64,000 bases of DNA from Acidobacteriota bacterium (lineage in GTDB: Bacteria; Acidobacteriota; CAIWXX01): NCBI GenBank assembly GCA_040755995.1, contig JBFMAF010000027.1, positions 17,392 to 81,391 on the forward strand. Direction: 5' to 3'. This document shows positions 46,348 to 55,550 of the stretch, piece by piece (positions within the stretch are counted from its first letter, which is position 1; every line of letters starts with the position of its first letter). Under the pieces are notes generated by a model. The model ran no database searches, was not told the DNA's origin, and saw only the letters and a list, made by a program, of their open reading frames with translations. Both the position numbers and the translations under genes were made by a program.

Positions 46348-47334
46348 GCCGGAGAGCCGGAGCAGCGCGTAGGCCGCGGCCGCGATGGCGGCGGATCCCG
46401 GGATCGTGAGGACCCACGCCCAGACGATCCGTCCCGCTACCCCCCACCGCACCGCCGAGAGCCGGTGAGTCGCGCCGACGCCGACGATGGAGCCGGTGAT
46501 GGTGTGCGTTGTAGATACGGGGATGCCGAGGCCCGTGGCGAGGAAGAGTGTCGCGGCGCCGGAGGTTTCTGCGCAGAAGCCGCCGATCGGCTTGAGGCGG
46601 GTCATGCGCATGCCCATCGTCTTGACGATTCGCCAGCCGCCGAAGAGCGTCCCCAGGGCGATGGCAGCATGGCAGCTCAGGACGACCCACAGGGGCACGT
46701 GGAAGACCCCACCGAGGTAGCCCGCCTTGTACAGGAGAATGGCGATGACTCCCATCGTCTTCTGCGCGTCGTTGCCGCCGTGCCCGAGGCTGTAGAGCCC
46801 TGCTGATACGAGTTGCAGGCGGCGAAACCACTTGTCCACCTTCCACGGGCTCTGCGCCCGCACGATCCAGTGGACGGCGATGGAGAAGATCATCGCCAGG
46901 ATCATGCCCAGGAGCGGCGAGACGACGATGAAGATGATCACCTTTCGAAGGCCGCTCCAGATCAGCGACTGCAGGCCGAAGTGAATCGCCGCCGCTCCGG
47001 CTAGGCCGCCTATGAGCGCGTGCGAGCTGCTGGTCGGCAGCCCCAGCCACCAGGTGATGAGATCCCAGGCGACTGCTCCGATCAGCGCGGCGAGGATGAC
47101 CATCATGTCGACCGCGTCCTCGCGCACGATCCCCTTCCCTATTGTCGTCGCCACATGCAGGCCGAAAACCATGAACGCTACGAAGTTGAAGAAGGCGGCC
47201 CAGACGACCGCATACCTCGGCGACAGCACGCGGGTGCTGACGATCGTGGCGATGCTGTTGGCGGCGTCATGAAACCCATTCAGGAAGTCGAACACGAGCG
47301 CAACGACGATGATCCCTGCGACGAGCGAAAACAT
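46336..47334 (-). CDS. pit: inorganic phosphate transporter, PiT family
   Basis: [36 protein letters not shown]. Confidence 0.95.
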   Translation of the reverse strand: MFSLVAGIIVVALVFDFLNGFHDAANSIATIVSTRVLSPRYAVVWAAFFNFVAFMVFGLHVATTIGKGIVREDAVDMMVILAALIGAVAWDLITWWLGLPTSSSHALIGGLAGAAAIHFGLQSLIWSGLRKVIIFIVVSPLLGMILAMIFSIAVHWIVRAQSPWKVDKWFRRLQLVSAGLYSLGHGGNDAQKTMGVIAILLYKAGYLGGVFHVPLWVVLSCHAAIALGTLFGGWRIVKTMGMRMTRLKPIGGFCAETSGAATLFLATGLGIPVSTTHTITGSIVGVGATHRLSAVRWGVAGRIVWAWVLTIPGSAAIAAAAYALLRLSGLAS

Positions 47335-47352
47335 CCGGATGCTCCTCTGTTG

Positions 47353-47982
47353 CTACGTGTGCTTGATCACGATCGCTTCGATCACGTTCGCGATGTCTTC
47401 GCAGCAGTCCACAGCCGCCTCGACCGTCTCGTAGATCTCCCTGTACTTGATCACGAGCAACGGGTCATCCTTGTGCTCGCGGAACAGCCGGCCGACGTAT
47501 TCGCGCACCAGACGGTCGGATTCGTTCTCTAGACGATTGAGCTCGATGCAGTGCTGGAGAGCTTCCTTGGGACGGGCCAGGTTGTCCAGGTCGTTGAGCG
47601 CATGCCTCACTTCCTTCATCGCTTGCGTCAAGACGCGCGCCATGCTGGGAATTCCGGGCGGCACTTCCGTGATCTCGTAGATGCCCAGGCACTGGGTGGC
47701 GGCGTTCACCAGGTCGATTACGTCGTCCATCGTCTTGACCAGGAGCTGGATGTCCTCACGATCCACCGGCGTGATGAACACCTTGTTCACGAGGTCGATG
47801 ACCTGATGAGTGAGGTCATCGCACTCGTGCTCGATCTTGCGAATGTCCACCCGGCTGGTCTCCAGCCGCGACAGGTCCTCCAACAGCTTCTCGAAGAGCT
47901 CGCAGCTATCGAGGATCTTGTCGGCCATGGTCTTGAAACAGTCGAAGAATCGCCCTTCCTTCGGCATCAACTTTGAGAGCAT
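47353..47982 (-). CDS. DUF47 / Pit accessory (PhoU-like) protein
   Basis: EHECD, FITPVDREDI, DDVID, ENESD, EAAVDCCED; directly upstream of pit. Confidence 0.92.
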   Translation of the reverse strand: MLSKLMPKEGRFFDCFKTMADKILDSCELFEKLLEDLSRLETSRVDIRKIEHECDDLTHQVIDLVNKVFITPVDREDIQLLVKTMDDVIDLVNAATQCLGIYEITEVPPGIPSMARVLTQAMKEVRHALNDLDNLARPKEALQHCIELNRLENESDRLVREYVGRLFREHKDDPLLVIKYREIYETVEAAVDCCEDIANVIEAIVIKHT

Positions 47983-48306
47983 ACGTATTCCTTCCTGTGA
48001 TCGCGCCGCGGCGCCACCGCAACCGGCTCGAACCCCACGTGTCCGGCAGCCTGATCATGCTATCACAGGTCCACCGGCGAAGTGACTCCCTCGATTTTCA
48101 TCTGCGCTGCCTGTTCAATCTGCGTGATCCGCGGATGTCTTCCCGCCGGTGGCAACGCGGGGCCCAAGACGGATGAAGCATGACCCGCTCGACCGCGCCC
48201 AGGCCGAACGCCGGTACCCGTACACGTACCCGATCCGGATCGGGTACGGATACGGACTCAGGCCGATGACGCACACGTCCGCCCGTGCGCCAACGCCAGC
48301 GCCAGC

Positions 48307-48335
48307 TTGACTCACCCACATGCGTGTGTTATTTT
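48307..48335 (+). promoter_or_regulatory. sigma70 promoter for the mglA-like gene
   Basis: TTGACT-N17-TATTTT with TG extension, followed by RBS GAGGAG. Confidence 0.55.
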
Positions 48336-48356
48336 TGTAAAACCAGAGGAGTAAAG

Positions 48357-49556
48357 TTGGTCTTCTTCAATTATTCCACCATGCAGATGGCTGCCAAGAT
48401 CGTGTATTACGGTCCCGGCCTGTGCGGGAAGACGACAAACCTCCAGTTCGTTTACAAGAAGACCGATCCGAAGTCCAGAGGTGAGATGGTCTGTCTGGAA
48501 ACCGAAACGGACCGGACGCTGTTCTTCGATCTTCTCCCGATCGATGTCGGGGTAATCGGCGGTTTCCGCACCAGATTTCAGCTGTACACGGTGCCGGGAC
48601 AGGTGTTCTACAACTCCACTCGCAAGCTGGTGCTGCGAGGTGTGGACGGAATCGTCTTCGTCGCCGATTCGCAGGTGCCGGCCGAGGAAATGAACATCGA
48701 ATCGCTGCAGAATCTCAAGGAGAATCTCGCCGAGCACAACATCGATTTCGAAGCGATCCCGCTCGTCTATCAGTTCAACAAGCGTGATCTGAGCAACATC
48801 ATGCCCGTCGACAAGATGAACAATCTCCTGAACCCGACCAAACTTCCCTTCTATGAAGCATCTGCTGTTCAGGGGATCGGGGTCTTCGAGACCCTCAAGG
48901 GCATATCGAAGCTGACGCTCTTCTCTCTCCGGAAGAAGGCGCTGGGTGAGGAGAAGCTGGTCAAGCCCGTGGGGCCGGCCATCGCCGTGCCGGCGGCCGT
49001 GGTGGTGGAGGCCAGATCCAGCGAAGAGAAGACACTCGCCGGCACCATCATCGGGCCGAAGTTGCCACCGGCGCCGCCGCCACCCCCCAAGGCCAAGCCC
49101 GAGCGCCCGGTCATCGCGAAGGCGATCGTGGAGGAGAAGGTGGAGTTCGCCGAGCGGCAGGTGCAGGCCGCTTTGCTGAACCGTGAGCAGATTCCGATAA
49201 AGAAGATTCCCGTGAGGTCGACTGTCGACATCGGTCACCAGTTGGACAGCCTGAGGGACATGTACACTCAGACGAAGCCGCAGGCAGAAAAACCTGCTCC
49301 AGCAAAGCCGGCGGTGGACAGGAAGCTGCAGGGCCTGCTCGACAGCGTCAAGCCGGGGCTGACGCTCCAGGAGATCAAACGCAAGACGTCGATCTCAGTG
49401 CCGGCCGCAATGCTGAAGGGCGGCCACACGAGTCTTGTATTGACCATCCGCAACTCATCGAACGAAAAGAGCCAGACCGTGGAGCTGCCGCTCGACCTGG
49501 AACGAGCCGGCACAAAGATCGCGATAAAGCTCGATCTGGACCTCACGATCACTTAG
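48357..49556 (+). CDS. mglA: MglA-family small GTPase with long C-terminal extension
   Basis: KIVYYGPGLCGKTTNL, TETDRTLFFD, LYTVPGQVFY, NKRDL; TTG start after GAGGAG. Confidence 0.85.
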   Translation: MVFFNYSTMQMAAKIVYYGPGLCGKTTNLQFVYKKTDPKSRGEMVCLETETDRTLFFDLLPIDVGVIGGFRTRFQLYTVPGQVFYNSTRKLVLRGVDGIVFVADSQVPAEEMNIESLQNLKENLAEHNIDFEAIPLVYQFNKRDLSNIMPVDKMNNLLNPTKLPFYEASAVQGIGVFETLKGISKLTLFSLRKKALGEEKLVKPVGPAIAVPAAVVVEARSSEEKTLAGTIIGPKLPPAPPPPPKAKPERPVIAKAIVEEKVEFAERQVQAALLNREQIPIKKIPVRSTVDIGHQLDSLRDMYTQTKPQAEKPAPAKPAVDRKLQGLLDSVKPGLTLQEIKRKTSISVPAAMLKGGHTSLVLTIRNSSNEKSQTVELPLDLERAGTKIAIKLDLDLTIT

Positions 49557-49676
49557 CGCGGCGCGGCCTCGGACCGAGCCACGAGGCATGTCACCGATAG
49601 CGCGGCGCAACTCGTGTCGAGAGTCGAAGGCCCTGCCGCGTCGTTTCCGCCCATCTGGTATAATCGAGCCACGTCC

Positions 49677-50447
49677 ATGGAGATATCGGAGCGTGTGTCC
49701 CAGGCCCGCGGAGTTGAAGCGGGTGGCAGCCTCTTGCGCCTGGTCCACTCGAGGAGCCCCGATGTGCTGCTGGGGCTGCTCGATCGAGCCGACCTGGACG
49801 AGGGAAGCGTCGTCATTCTGCTTCGCAACCCGGCACTCCCGGCCGAAGCCCTCGACAGGATCTGCGAGGAAGAGATCTTCCTCTCGTCATACCGGGTCAA
49901 GTCGGCGCTGGCGCAGAACCCGAAGACGCCGCAGCACGTCAGCCTTCGCTTCCTGCCCCATCTCTACTGGAGAGACCAGCTTCAGGTGGCCAGGGACTTC
50001 CGGATCAGCATGGTGTTGAGACGCAAAGCCGAGCACGCGATACTGGAGAGGCTTCCGAAGCTGGCTGCCGGCGAGAGGGTCACCCTCGCGAGGCTCGCCA
50101 CCACCGAGATCCTCAAGGTACTCGTCGGCGAGAAAGACCCGCGACTCCTCAAGGCATGCCTGGAGAATCCCCGCGCCACCGAGGAGATCGTCATCCGGCT
50201 GGTGTACTCCGATAAGGTCTCGCCCAGGTTTCTGCTGGAGCTCTCCCAGATGGCACGGTGGTTCACGCGCTACGACATCAAACTTGCCCTGGCGCGCGCG
50301 GCTCAGAGCCCTGTGCCGCTGGTCCTCCGCATCCTGCCGCTGCTCAAGCTGGCCGACCTGAAGAACCTCCTTCTGGAGAAGCATCACCCGAATGTCGTGA
50401 CGGAGCAGGCGAAGCAGATCGTCGCCATCAAGGAGCAGCGGGCGTGA
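49677..50447 (+). CDS. hypothetical helical-repeat protein (LRV-like)
   Basis: Repeated LRNPALP / LAQNPKTP / LENPRAT motifs; TGGTATAAT just upstream. Confidence 0.65.
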   Translation: MEISERVSQARGVEAGGSLLRLVHSRSPDVLLGLLDRADLDEGSVVILLRNPALPAEALDRICEEEIFLSSYRVKSALAQNPKTPQHVSLRFLPHLYWRDQLQVARDFRISMVLRRKAEHAILERLPKLAAGERVTLARLATTEILKVLVGEKDPRLLKACLENPRATEEIVIRLVYSDKVSPRFLLELSQMARWFTRYDIKLALARAAQSPVPLVLRILPLLKLADLKNLLLEKHHPNVVTEQAKQIVAIKEQRA

Positions 50448-50616
50448 AGTCGAGCGGTCGCCCACCGGGTGGTGCGTTTCTGTCATGCGGCGGACGCGGG
50501 GACGCGGGGACGCGGAGACACGGTGAAGTGAACCCGGGCGCCTCCCGGCGTCCCACTTCCTCCTGTGCAGCATTCGCCGCTTGTCGTGCTCGCCTGAACA
50601 AGCCGGGGATTTGCCG

Positions 50617-51075
50617 ATGACGGATGAGCGCGGCGAGCCTGTGCTCAAGCGCGACCCGCGGGCTACGAACATCCTCGCAATGCAGGTCGCCGCCGAGCTC
50701 ATTCTCTTCCTCCTGCCTGTCATCTGCTCCGCTCTCACGCTCTTCTGCCTCAAGCTTTTCCTCCAAGACGCCATTCGTCGAATGGACGGCCTCCCGAGAT
50801 GGCTTCTGCTCATCAGCGTCGTCGCCGCGTCCCTTGCCGTGTCGTCCTATGCCGTGGGAGCGTCCCTGCGGCGATATCTGCCGCCGCTCGAGTACACCCT
50901 CTGGACATCCACCATCTTCGGCCTGTTGGTGTTGCTGACCGTCATGCTCTGGTGTATCGGCGCGGAGATCCTGTTTCTCTATTCGCTGGGGATCAGCCTC
51001 GCGGCAGGCATCCTCATCTTCGTCGCAGTCGGGATCCCGCTCATGGCCGGCAAGGCCCGAGGCCGAAGGAAGTAG
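50617..51075 (+). CDS. hypothetical 4-TM membrane protein
   Basis: Four hydrophobic segments, basic C-terminus. Confidence 0.6.
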   Translation: MTDERGEPVLKRDPRATNILAMQVAAELILFLLPVICSALTLFCLKLFLQDAIRRMDGLPRWLLLISVVAASLAVSSYAVGASLRRYLPPLEYTLWTSTIFGLLVLLTVMLWCIGAEILFLYSLGISLAAGILIFVAVGIPLMAGKARGRRK

Positions 51076-51092
51076 CCAAGGACACACGCCCA

Positions 51093-51180
51093 CTTCTCCC
51101 CTTCTCCGTTTCCCCGATTCTCCGCTTCTCCCTGTCTCCGTTTCACCGATTCCCCGTTTCTCCGATTCTCCGTTTCTCCT
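51093..51180. repeat. degenerate octamer tandem repeat (TTCTCCGN, ~11 units)
   Basis: TTCTCCCC TTCTCCGT TTCCCCGA TTCTCCGC ... TTCTCCGA TTCTCCGT TTCTCC. Confidence 0.8.
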
Positions 51181-51219
51181 GTTGTTCGCTCGGGCGCTCA
51201 TCTGGCATACTATCGCTCT

Positions 51220-52074
51220 ATGAGGTATCGAATACGCGCCCTGAGGACGCTGGCCGAGTTCAAGCGTTGTGAGGAACTGCAGAAGGAGGCATGGGGGTTC
51301 GAGGATCTGGACGTGGTTCCGTTGCCGATGTTCCAGATCGCCGCCAAGTACGACGGCATCGTGCTCGGGTGCATCGAGAGTCCGGGCGGACGCGTCGTCG
51401 GCTTCGTCTACTCGCTGCCCGCGCGCGCCCACGGGCGCTGGGTGCAGTACTCGCACATGCTCGCCGTGTCGCCCGACACGAGGCGCCAGGGCCTCGGCCT
51501 TCGCCTCAAGCTCGCGCAGGCACGTACCTCGCTCGCGCTGGGCTTCCACAGGCTCATCTGGACCTTCGATCCGCTCCAGGCCCGCAACGCCAGTCTGAAT
51601 CTGCGCCGGCTCGGCGCCACCGTCTCGCAGTACTTCGTAGACCTGTACGGTCCAACCAGCTCGCCGCTGCACCGTGGTCTTCCAACCGACCGCCTGTTGG
51701 CCGACTGGGACGTCAGGGGCATGGGGAGGCGGAGCGGTCTTCCCCGTCGCCGCGCGAGGCGGGGCGGCCGGGCGTCGCCGGAATCGCCGATTATCTACGA
51801 TTGTAGTAAGGAGCTGCTCCGGGACCTCCGGTCTCCAAACTTTCGCAGCTTCCGATTCGCTATCCCTGCATCCATCGAAGACCTCAAGGCGTCGGATCCG
51901 GCGGCGGCGGCTAAAGTCCAGATGAGGTTGAGGAGTGTGTTCGTGGCGGCGTTCAGGGCGGGGTTCCGTGCAGTTGACTTCGAGATCGGAGCCGGCGACG
52001 GACCCGGTCACTACCTGCTCGTGCGCGGAGCCGGCGCGGGCCGGGGTCATCGAACAGGGGGAGGGCGCAGATGA
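51220..52074 (+). CDS. GNAT-family N-acyltransferase (type associated with NSAR/OSBS)
   Basis: YSHMLAV, R.QGLG..LK, WTFDPLQARNASLNL, LPTDRL; 4-bp overlap with the next gene. Confidence 0.85.
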   Translation: MRYRIRALRTLAEFKRCEELQKEAWGFEDLDVVPLPMFQIAAKYDGIVLGCIESPGGRVVGFVYSLPARAHGRWVQYSHMLAVSPDTRRQGLGLRLKLAQARTSLALGFHRLIWTFDPLQARNASLNLRRLGATVSQYFVDLYGPTSSPLHRGLPTDRLLADWDVRGMGRRSGLPRRRARRGGRASPESPIIYDCSKELLRDLRSPNFRSFRFAIPASIEDLKASDPAAAAKVQMRLRSVFVAAFRAGFRAVDFEIGAGDGPGHYLLVRGAGAGRGHRTGGGRR

Positions 52075-53177
52075 AGATCCACGGAGCGGAGCTTTTCGAG
52101 ATTCGGCTTCGGTTGAAGGAGCGGTTCGAGACGAGCTTTGGAGCGGTCAGCGAGAGAGAGATCGTGCTGTTGAGGCTGGAGGCCGAGGCGGGTGTGAGCT
52201 GGTCGGAGCTGGTGGCCGAGAACGAGCCCTACTTCAGCGGCGAGACTATCGTCACAGCCAGGCACATTCTCCGTGATTTCATCGCCCCGCTCCTGCGGGC
52301 GCACGAGATCGCCGGGGGCGCGGATGCCGGGAGGCTTCTGGGACGAATCCGCGGCAACCAGATGGCGAAGGCCGCCGTGGAGATGAGTCTTTGGAACCTG
52401 GAGGCCATGGAGACGGGCGTGCCTTTGCAACGCGTGCTGGGGGGCACGCACGACAGAGTGCGATCGGGTGTGTCGGTCGGCATCCAGAGTACTCCTTCGG
52501 CGACACTCGATACGATCGAACGCTACCTGGCTCGCGGCTACCAGCGCATCAAGGTCAAGATCAAGCCGGGGCACGACGTGGAGCTCGTGAGAAGCATCCG
52601 AGATCGGTTCCCGAAGGTGCCCTTGATGGTCGACGCCAACGCCGCCTACTCGCTGGCCGACGAAGCCTGCCTGCAAGCTCTCGACGCTTACGACCTGATG
52701 ATGATCGAGCAGCCTCTTCACTGTGACGATCTGCTCGATCACAGCCGGCTCGCGCGGGCGCTCAAGACGCCCATCTGTCTCGACGAGTCGATCAAAGGAT
52801 CGCGGGACTGCAAGGTAGCGCTGTGCCTCGGCAGCTGCCGGGTCATCAACATCAAGCCGGGCAGGGTCGGCGGCTTCGGCGAGTCGATAGCGATTCACGA
52901 CGCTTGCCGTGCCGCGTCAATTCCGGTCTGGTGCGGGGGAATGCTGGAGAGCGGAGTCGGCCGGGCTTACAACGTGCACCTCGCAACGCTGCCCGGGTTC
53001 ACGCTGCCGGGCGATATCTCCGAGAGCGCTCGATACTGGGACGAAGACATCGTGGAACCGCCGTTCGAGCTGGGGCCGGGCGGATTCATCGGCGTGCCCG
53101 CTGGAGCGGGGCTGGGGATAACGGTGCGGGAAGAGCTGATTCGGAGGCACCTGGTGGCGCAGGAGAGGCTATTCTGA
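52071..53177 (+). CDS. menC: o-succinylbenzoate synthase / N-succinylamino-acid racemase (enolase superfamily)
   Basis: FETSFG, IKVKIKPG, VDAN, IEQP, CLDES, NIKPGRVGG, WCGGMLE, LPGDIS. Confidence 0.85.
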   Translation: MKIHGAELFEIRLRLKERFETSFGAVSEREIVLLRLEAEAGVSWSELVAENEPYFSGETIVTARHILRDFIAPLLRAHEIAGGADAGRLLGRIRGNQMAKAAVEMSLWNLEAMETGVPLQRVLGGTHDRVRSGVSVGIQSTPSATLDTIERYLARGYQRIKVKIKPGHDVELVRSIRDRFPKVPLMVDANAAYSLADEACLQALDAYDLMMIEQPLHCDDLLDHSRLARALKTPICLDESIKGSRDCKVALCLGSCRVINIKPGRVGGFGESIAIHDACRAASIPVWCGGMLESGVGRAYNVHLATLPGFTLPGDISESARYWDEDIVEPPFELGPGGFIGVPAGAGLGITVREELIRRHLVAQERLF

Positions 53178-53881
53178 TGTCTGACGTTGTGGCATTTGGA
53201 GCCCATCCGGATGATTTGGAGTTCGGCATGGGTGGAGCCCTCGTGCGGATGGCGCGCGAGGGTGTTTCGATCACGGAGGTCGTTCTGACGCGCGGCGAGG
53301 GCGGGACATACGGAGACCCGGAGACGCGGGAGAAGGAGCAGCGGAGGGCGGCTGAGATCATCGGCTGCGATGTGAAGTTCCTGGACTTCCGAGACGGAAG
53401 GGTGGAGTTTACCAGGAACGGCGTCATCGAGATCGTGCGCGTGATCCGCGAGCTGCGCCCACGGATCTGCTTCGCTCCATACGACCGGAGCCCCTACACG
53501 CATCGAGACCGAGCGGCGCATCCGGACCACCAGATTACCGGCAAGCTCGTGCGCCACGCGTGCCGCCTGGCCAAGTTCAGCAAGTTCAAGACTGCGGCTC
53601 CGCCGCATCTAGTAGAACATCTCTTCTTCTATATGGTCCCCAAGGGGGTGCTCCCCTCGTTCGTGATGGACTTCTCGGACTACTATGATGACTGGGTCCG
53701 GGCGGTCTCGGCGCACGAGAGCCAGATACAGAACCTCAGAGACGGGCAGTTGCGCGCGTATCTCGAGGCGTACAAGGTCTTGTACGGGAGCTTCATCGAT
53801 CGCAAGTACGCCGAAGGGTTCTACTCGCCGGAGCCGCTGGAGATGTCGCCGGCGGCGATGCTCGCTACTCGCTCCGCCTGA
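53177..53881 (+). CDS. PIG-L family deacetylase (BshB1-like)
   Basis: AHPDDLE, LTRGEGG, HPDH, AHESQ, YAEGF; TGATG coupling to the previous gene. Confidence 0.88.
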   Translation: MSDVVAFGAHPDDLEFGMGGALVRMAREGVSITEVVLTRGEGGTYGDPETREKEQRRAAEIIGCDVKFLDFRDGRVEFTRNGVIEIVRVIRELRPRICFAPYDRSPYTHRDRAAHPDHQITGKLVRHACRLAKFSKFKTAAPPHLVEHLFFYMVPKGVLPSFVMDFSDYYDDWVRAVSAHESQIQNLRDGQLRAYLEAYKVLYGSFIDRKYAEGFYSPEPLEMSPAAMLATRSA

Positions 53882-54164
53882 GGATCGCTCCGCGGATCAT
53901 GCGGTCGGCGACCTCGTCGGGACGGAGGCCGTAGCGATCGGCGTCGAGCGACTTTCGGATGGCACGGACCTTGTCGGATCGGACGTCCGGAATCGCATCC
54001 AACAACTTCCGGATTTCCTCGATCTCGCGGGCGACGGCAGGGACGACTACTCGATAGGGGCCGGAGGTATGCGACGGGCTGGTGGCCGGCTCGCAGGGGG
54101 TCGTGGAGGCATGTTCACGCTGGCGCGTTCCAGAAATGCCTCGGGTCTTTGGATCCGCGCACAT
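53865..54164 (-). CDS. flgM: anti-sigma28 factor FlgM-like
   Basis: PDVRSDKVRAIRKSL...Y....EVADRMI; immediately downstream of fliA with its own sigma28 promoter. Confidence 0.7.
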   Translation of the reverse strand: MCADPKTRGISGTRQREHASTTPCEPATSPSHTSGPYRVVVPAVAREIEEIRKLLDAIPDVRSDKVRAIRKSLDADRYGLRPDEVADRMIRGAILRRSE

Positions 54165-54196
54165 GGTTCTGGCCTTTCGCGAGCTCCCCGTCGATC

Positions 54197-54225
54197 TTAT
54201 CGGCAGAAGCAGGGCGACACCTTAG
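54197..54225 (-). promoter_or_regulatory. sigma28 promoter for flgM
   Basis: Minus strand CTAAG-N16-GCCGATAA with a perfect -10 box. Confidence 0.75.
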
Positions 54226-54240
54226 CCGCCCGGGCCGCAC

Positions 54241-55023
54241 TCAGGTGGCGTCGCGCCGTGCGAGAATGGACTGGAGCTTGCCGCGCAGCCGGAGCATGGC
54301 CTTGGTGTGGAGCTGCGAGATGCGGCTTTCGTTGACGTCGAGCACCATGGCAATCTCCTTCATGGTCAGCTCGTCGGAGTAGTACAACGACACGACGAGT
54401 TTCTCGTTGGGGGGCAGATCATCGATGGCCTCCCCGAGTATCCTGCGGAGCTCGCTGCGTTCGAGGAGCACCCCGGGCGAGCTGTCGTCTCCCGCCTCCG
54501 GCGAGTACCGCACCATCTGTGCGTCCTGCGCCTCTCGGATGGCCGCATGCGCGCCGGGCGTAAGTGTCGCCAGGTCGGTCCCCTTGAGGTGGTCGAGGAG
54601 TTTGTGGAATTCGTCGGTGGTCACGCCCAGTGCCTCGGACATCTCCGAGTCGGTGGCCGGCCGGCCGTGCTGTTGTTCGAGCTCCGCGTAGATGCGCTGG
54701 ATTTCGCGCGCGCGCTTGCGCACGTTACGTGGCACCCAGTCGATCTTTCGGAGATAATCCAGCACGGCGCCCCTGACTCGCTGCTCCGCGTACGTTCCGA
54801 ACTTGATCCCGCGCTCGGGTTCGTATTTCTCCGCCGCATCGAGCAGCCCCAGCAAGCCGGCCTGGATCAGGTCCTCGCGGTCGACATGAGAAGGCAGGTG
54901 CGCTGAGATCCGGTTGACCACGTACTTCATCACGTCGATGTGATCGAGCACCAGGGCGTCCCGGTCTCTGACCTGCATTCTCTTGCCCGCGCGCTCTGGC
55001 GCCGAGGCCGTCTTCCTACCCAT
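54241..55023 (-). CDS. fliA: FliA/WhiG family sigma factor (sigma28)
   Basis: LPSHVDREDL, KFGTYA..RVRGA.LD.LR..DWVPR, LYYSDELTMKEI, ESRISQLH; start uncertain (55023 or 54978). Confidence 0.9.
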   Translation of the reverse strand: MGRKTASAPERAGKRMQVRDRDALVLDHIDVMKYVVNRISAHLPSHVDREDLIQAGLLGLLDAAEKYEPERGIKFGTYAEQRVRGAVLDYLRKIDWVPRNVRKRAREIQRIYAELEQQHGRPATDSEMSEALGVTTDEFHKLLDHLKGTDLATLTPGAHAAIREAQDAQMVRYSPEAGDDSSPGVLLERSELRRILGEAIDDLPPNEKLVVSLYYSDELTMKEIAMVLDVNESRISQLHTKAMLRLRGKLQSILARRDAT

Positions 55024-55114
55024 TGTCGGGGGCGGCGCCGTTTCCGCAGAGACCACATCGCAGCATGAGACCCCCTGGGCGGCCGGCGTCCGTTCGGGAG
55101 CTGGACATCCCTGC

Positions 55115-55360
55115 CTACTGCGGGGCCTTTCGTGGGACGATGATGGCGTGTATCTCGTCGAGCAGCTCACGAGCCTCCATCACGCTCGTCACCACCTTTC
55201 GAGACCGAGCCCTGCCCTTCTCTGAGATATTCTCGAATGCGATCAGCTCGCTGAACGCCGAGACCGTGCCGAGGATATTGCGGAGGCGATGCATGCGCTC
55301 GCGCACCCTCTGCTGGTCCTGCAACGTCAGGGATACGACGATGGGGTTCTCTGTATTCAT
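55115..55360 (-). CDS. small stand-alone HisKA/DHp-like protein
   Basis: 81 aa, H-box-like MHRLRNILGTVSAFSELI then a second helix; no ATPase domain. Confidence 0.5.
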   Translation of the reverse strand: MNTENPIVVSLTLQDQQRVRERMHRLRNILGTVSAFSELIAFENISEKGRARSRKVVTSVMEARELLDEIHAIIVPRKAPQ

Positions 55361-55550
55361 CTTGCGTCATGATACGCCCACCCGCTTTCATAGTAAAGTA
55401 CACAGCGATGGTCATGACCGCGCGACATCGTGCTTGCAGGCGTAGACATCGAGGTCTACGTGAACGGGTCTTCTCGAGCTTTCCCGTTCGGTCGACTCGA
55501 TGGCAACATGTCGTTCGCCTCAGGCCCGCCTGGGTTATCGGACGGGCGGC

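Noticed and set aside
51093..51180. Repeat tract as a CRISPR array
   Set aside because: 8-bp degenerate units without unique spacers; no cas genes
52071..53177. Menaquinone biosynthesis operon
   Set aside because: No menB/D/E/F/H adjacent; the GNAT neighbour favours the racemase role, although bifunctionality is possible
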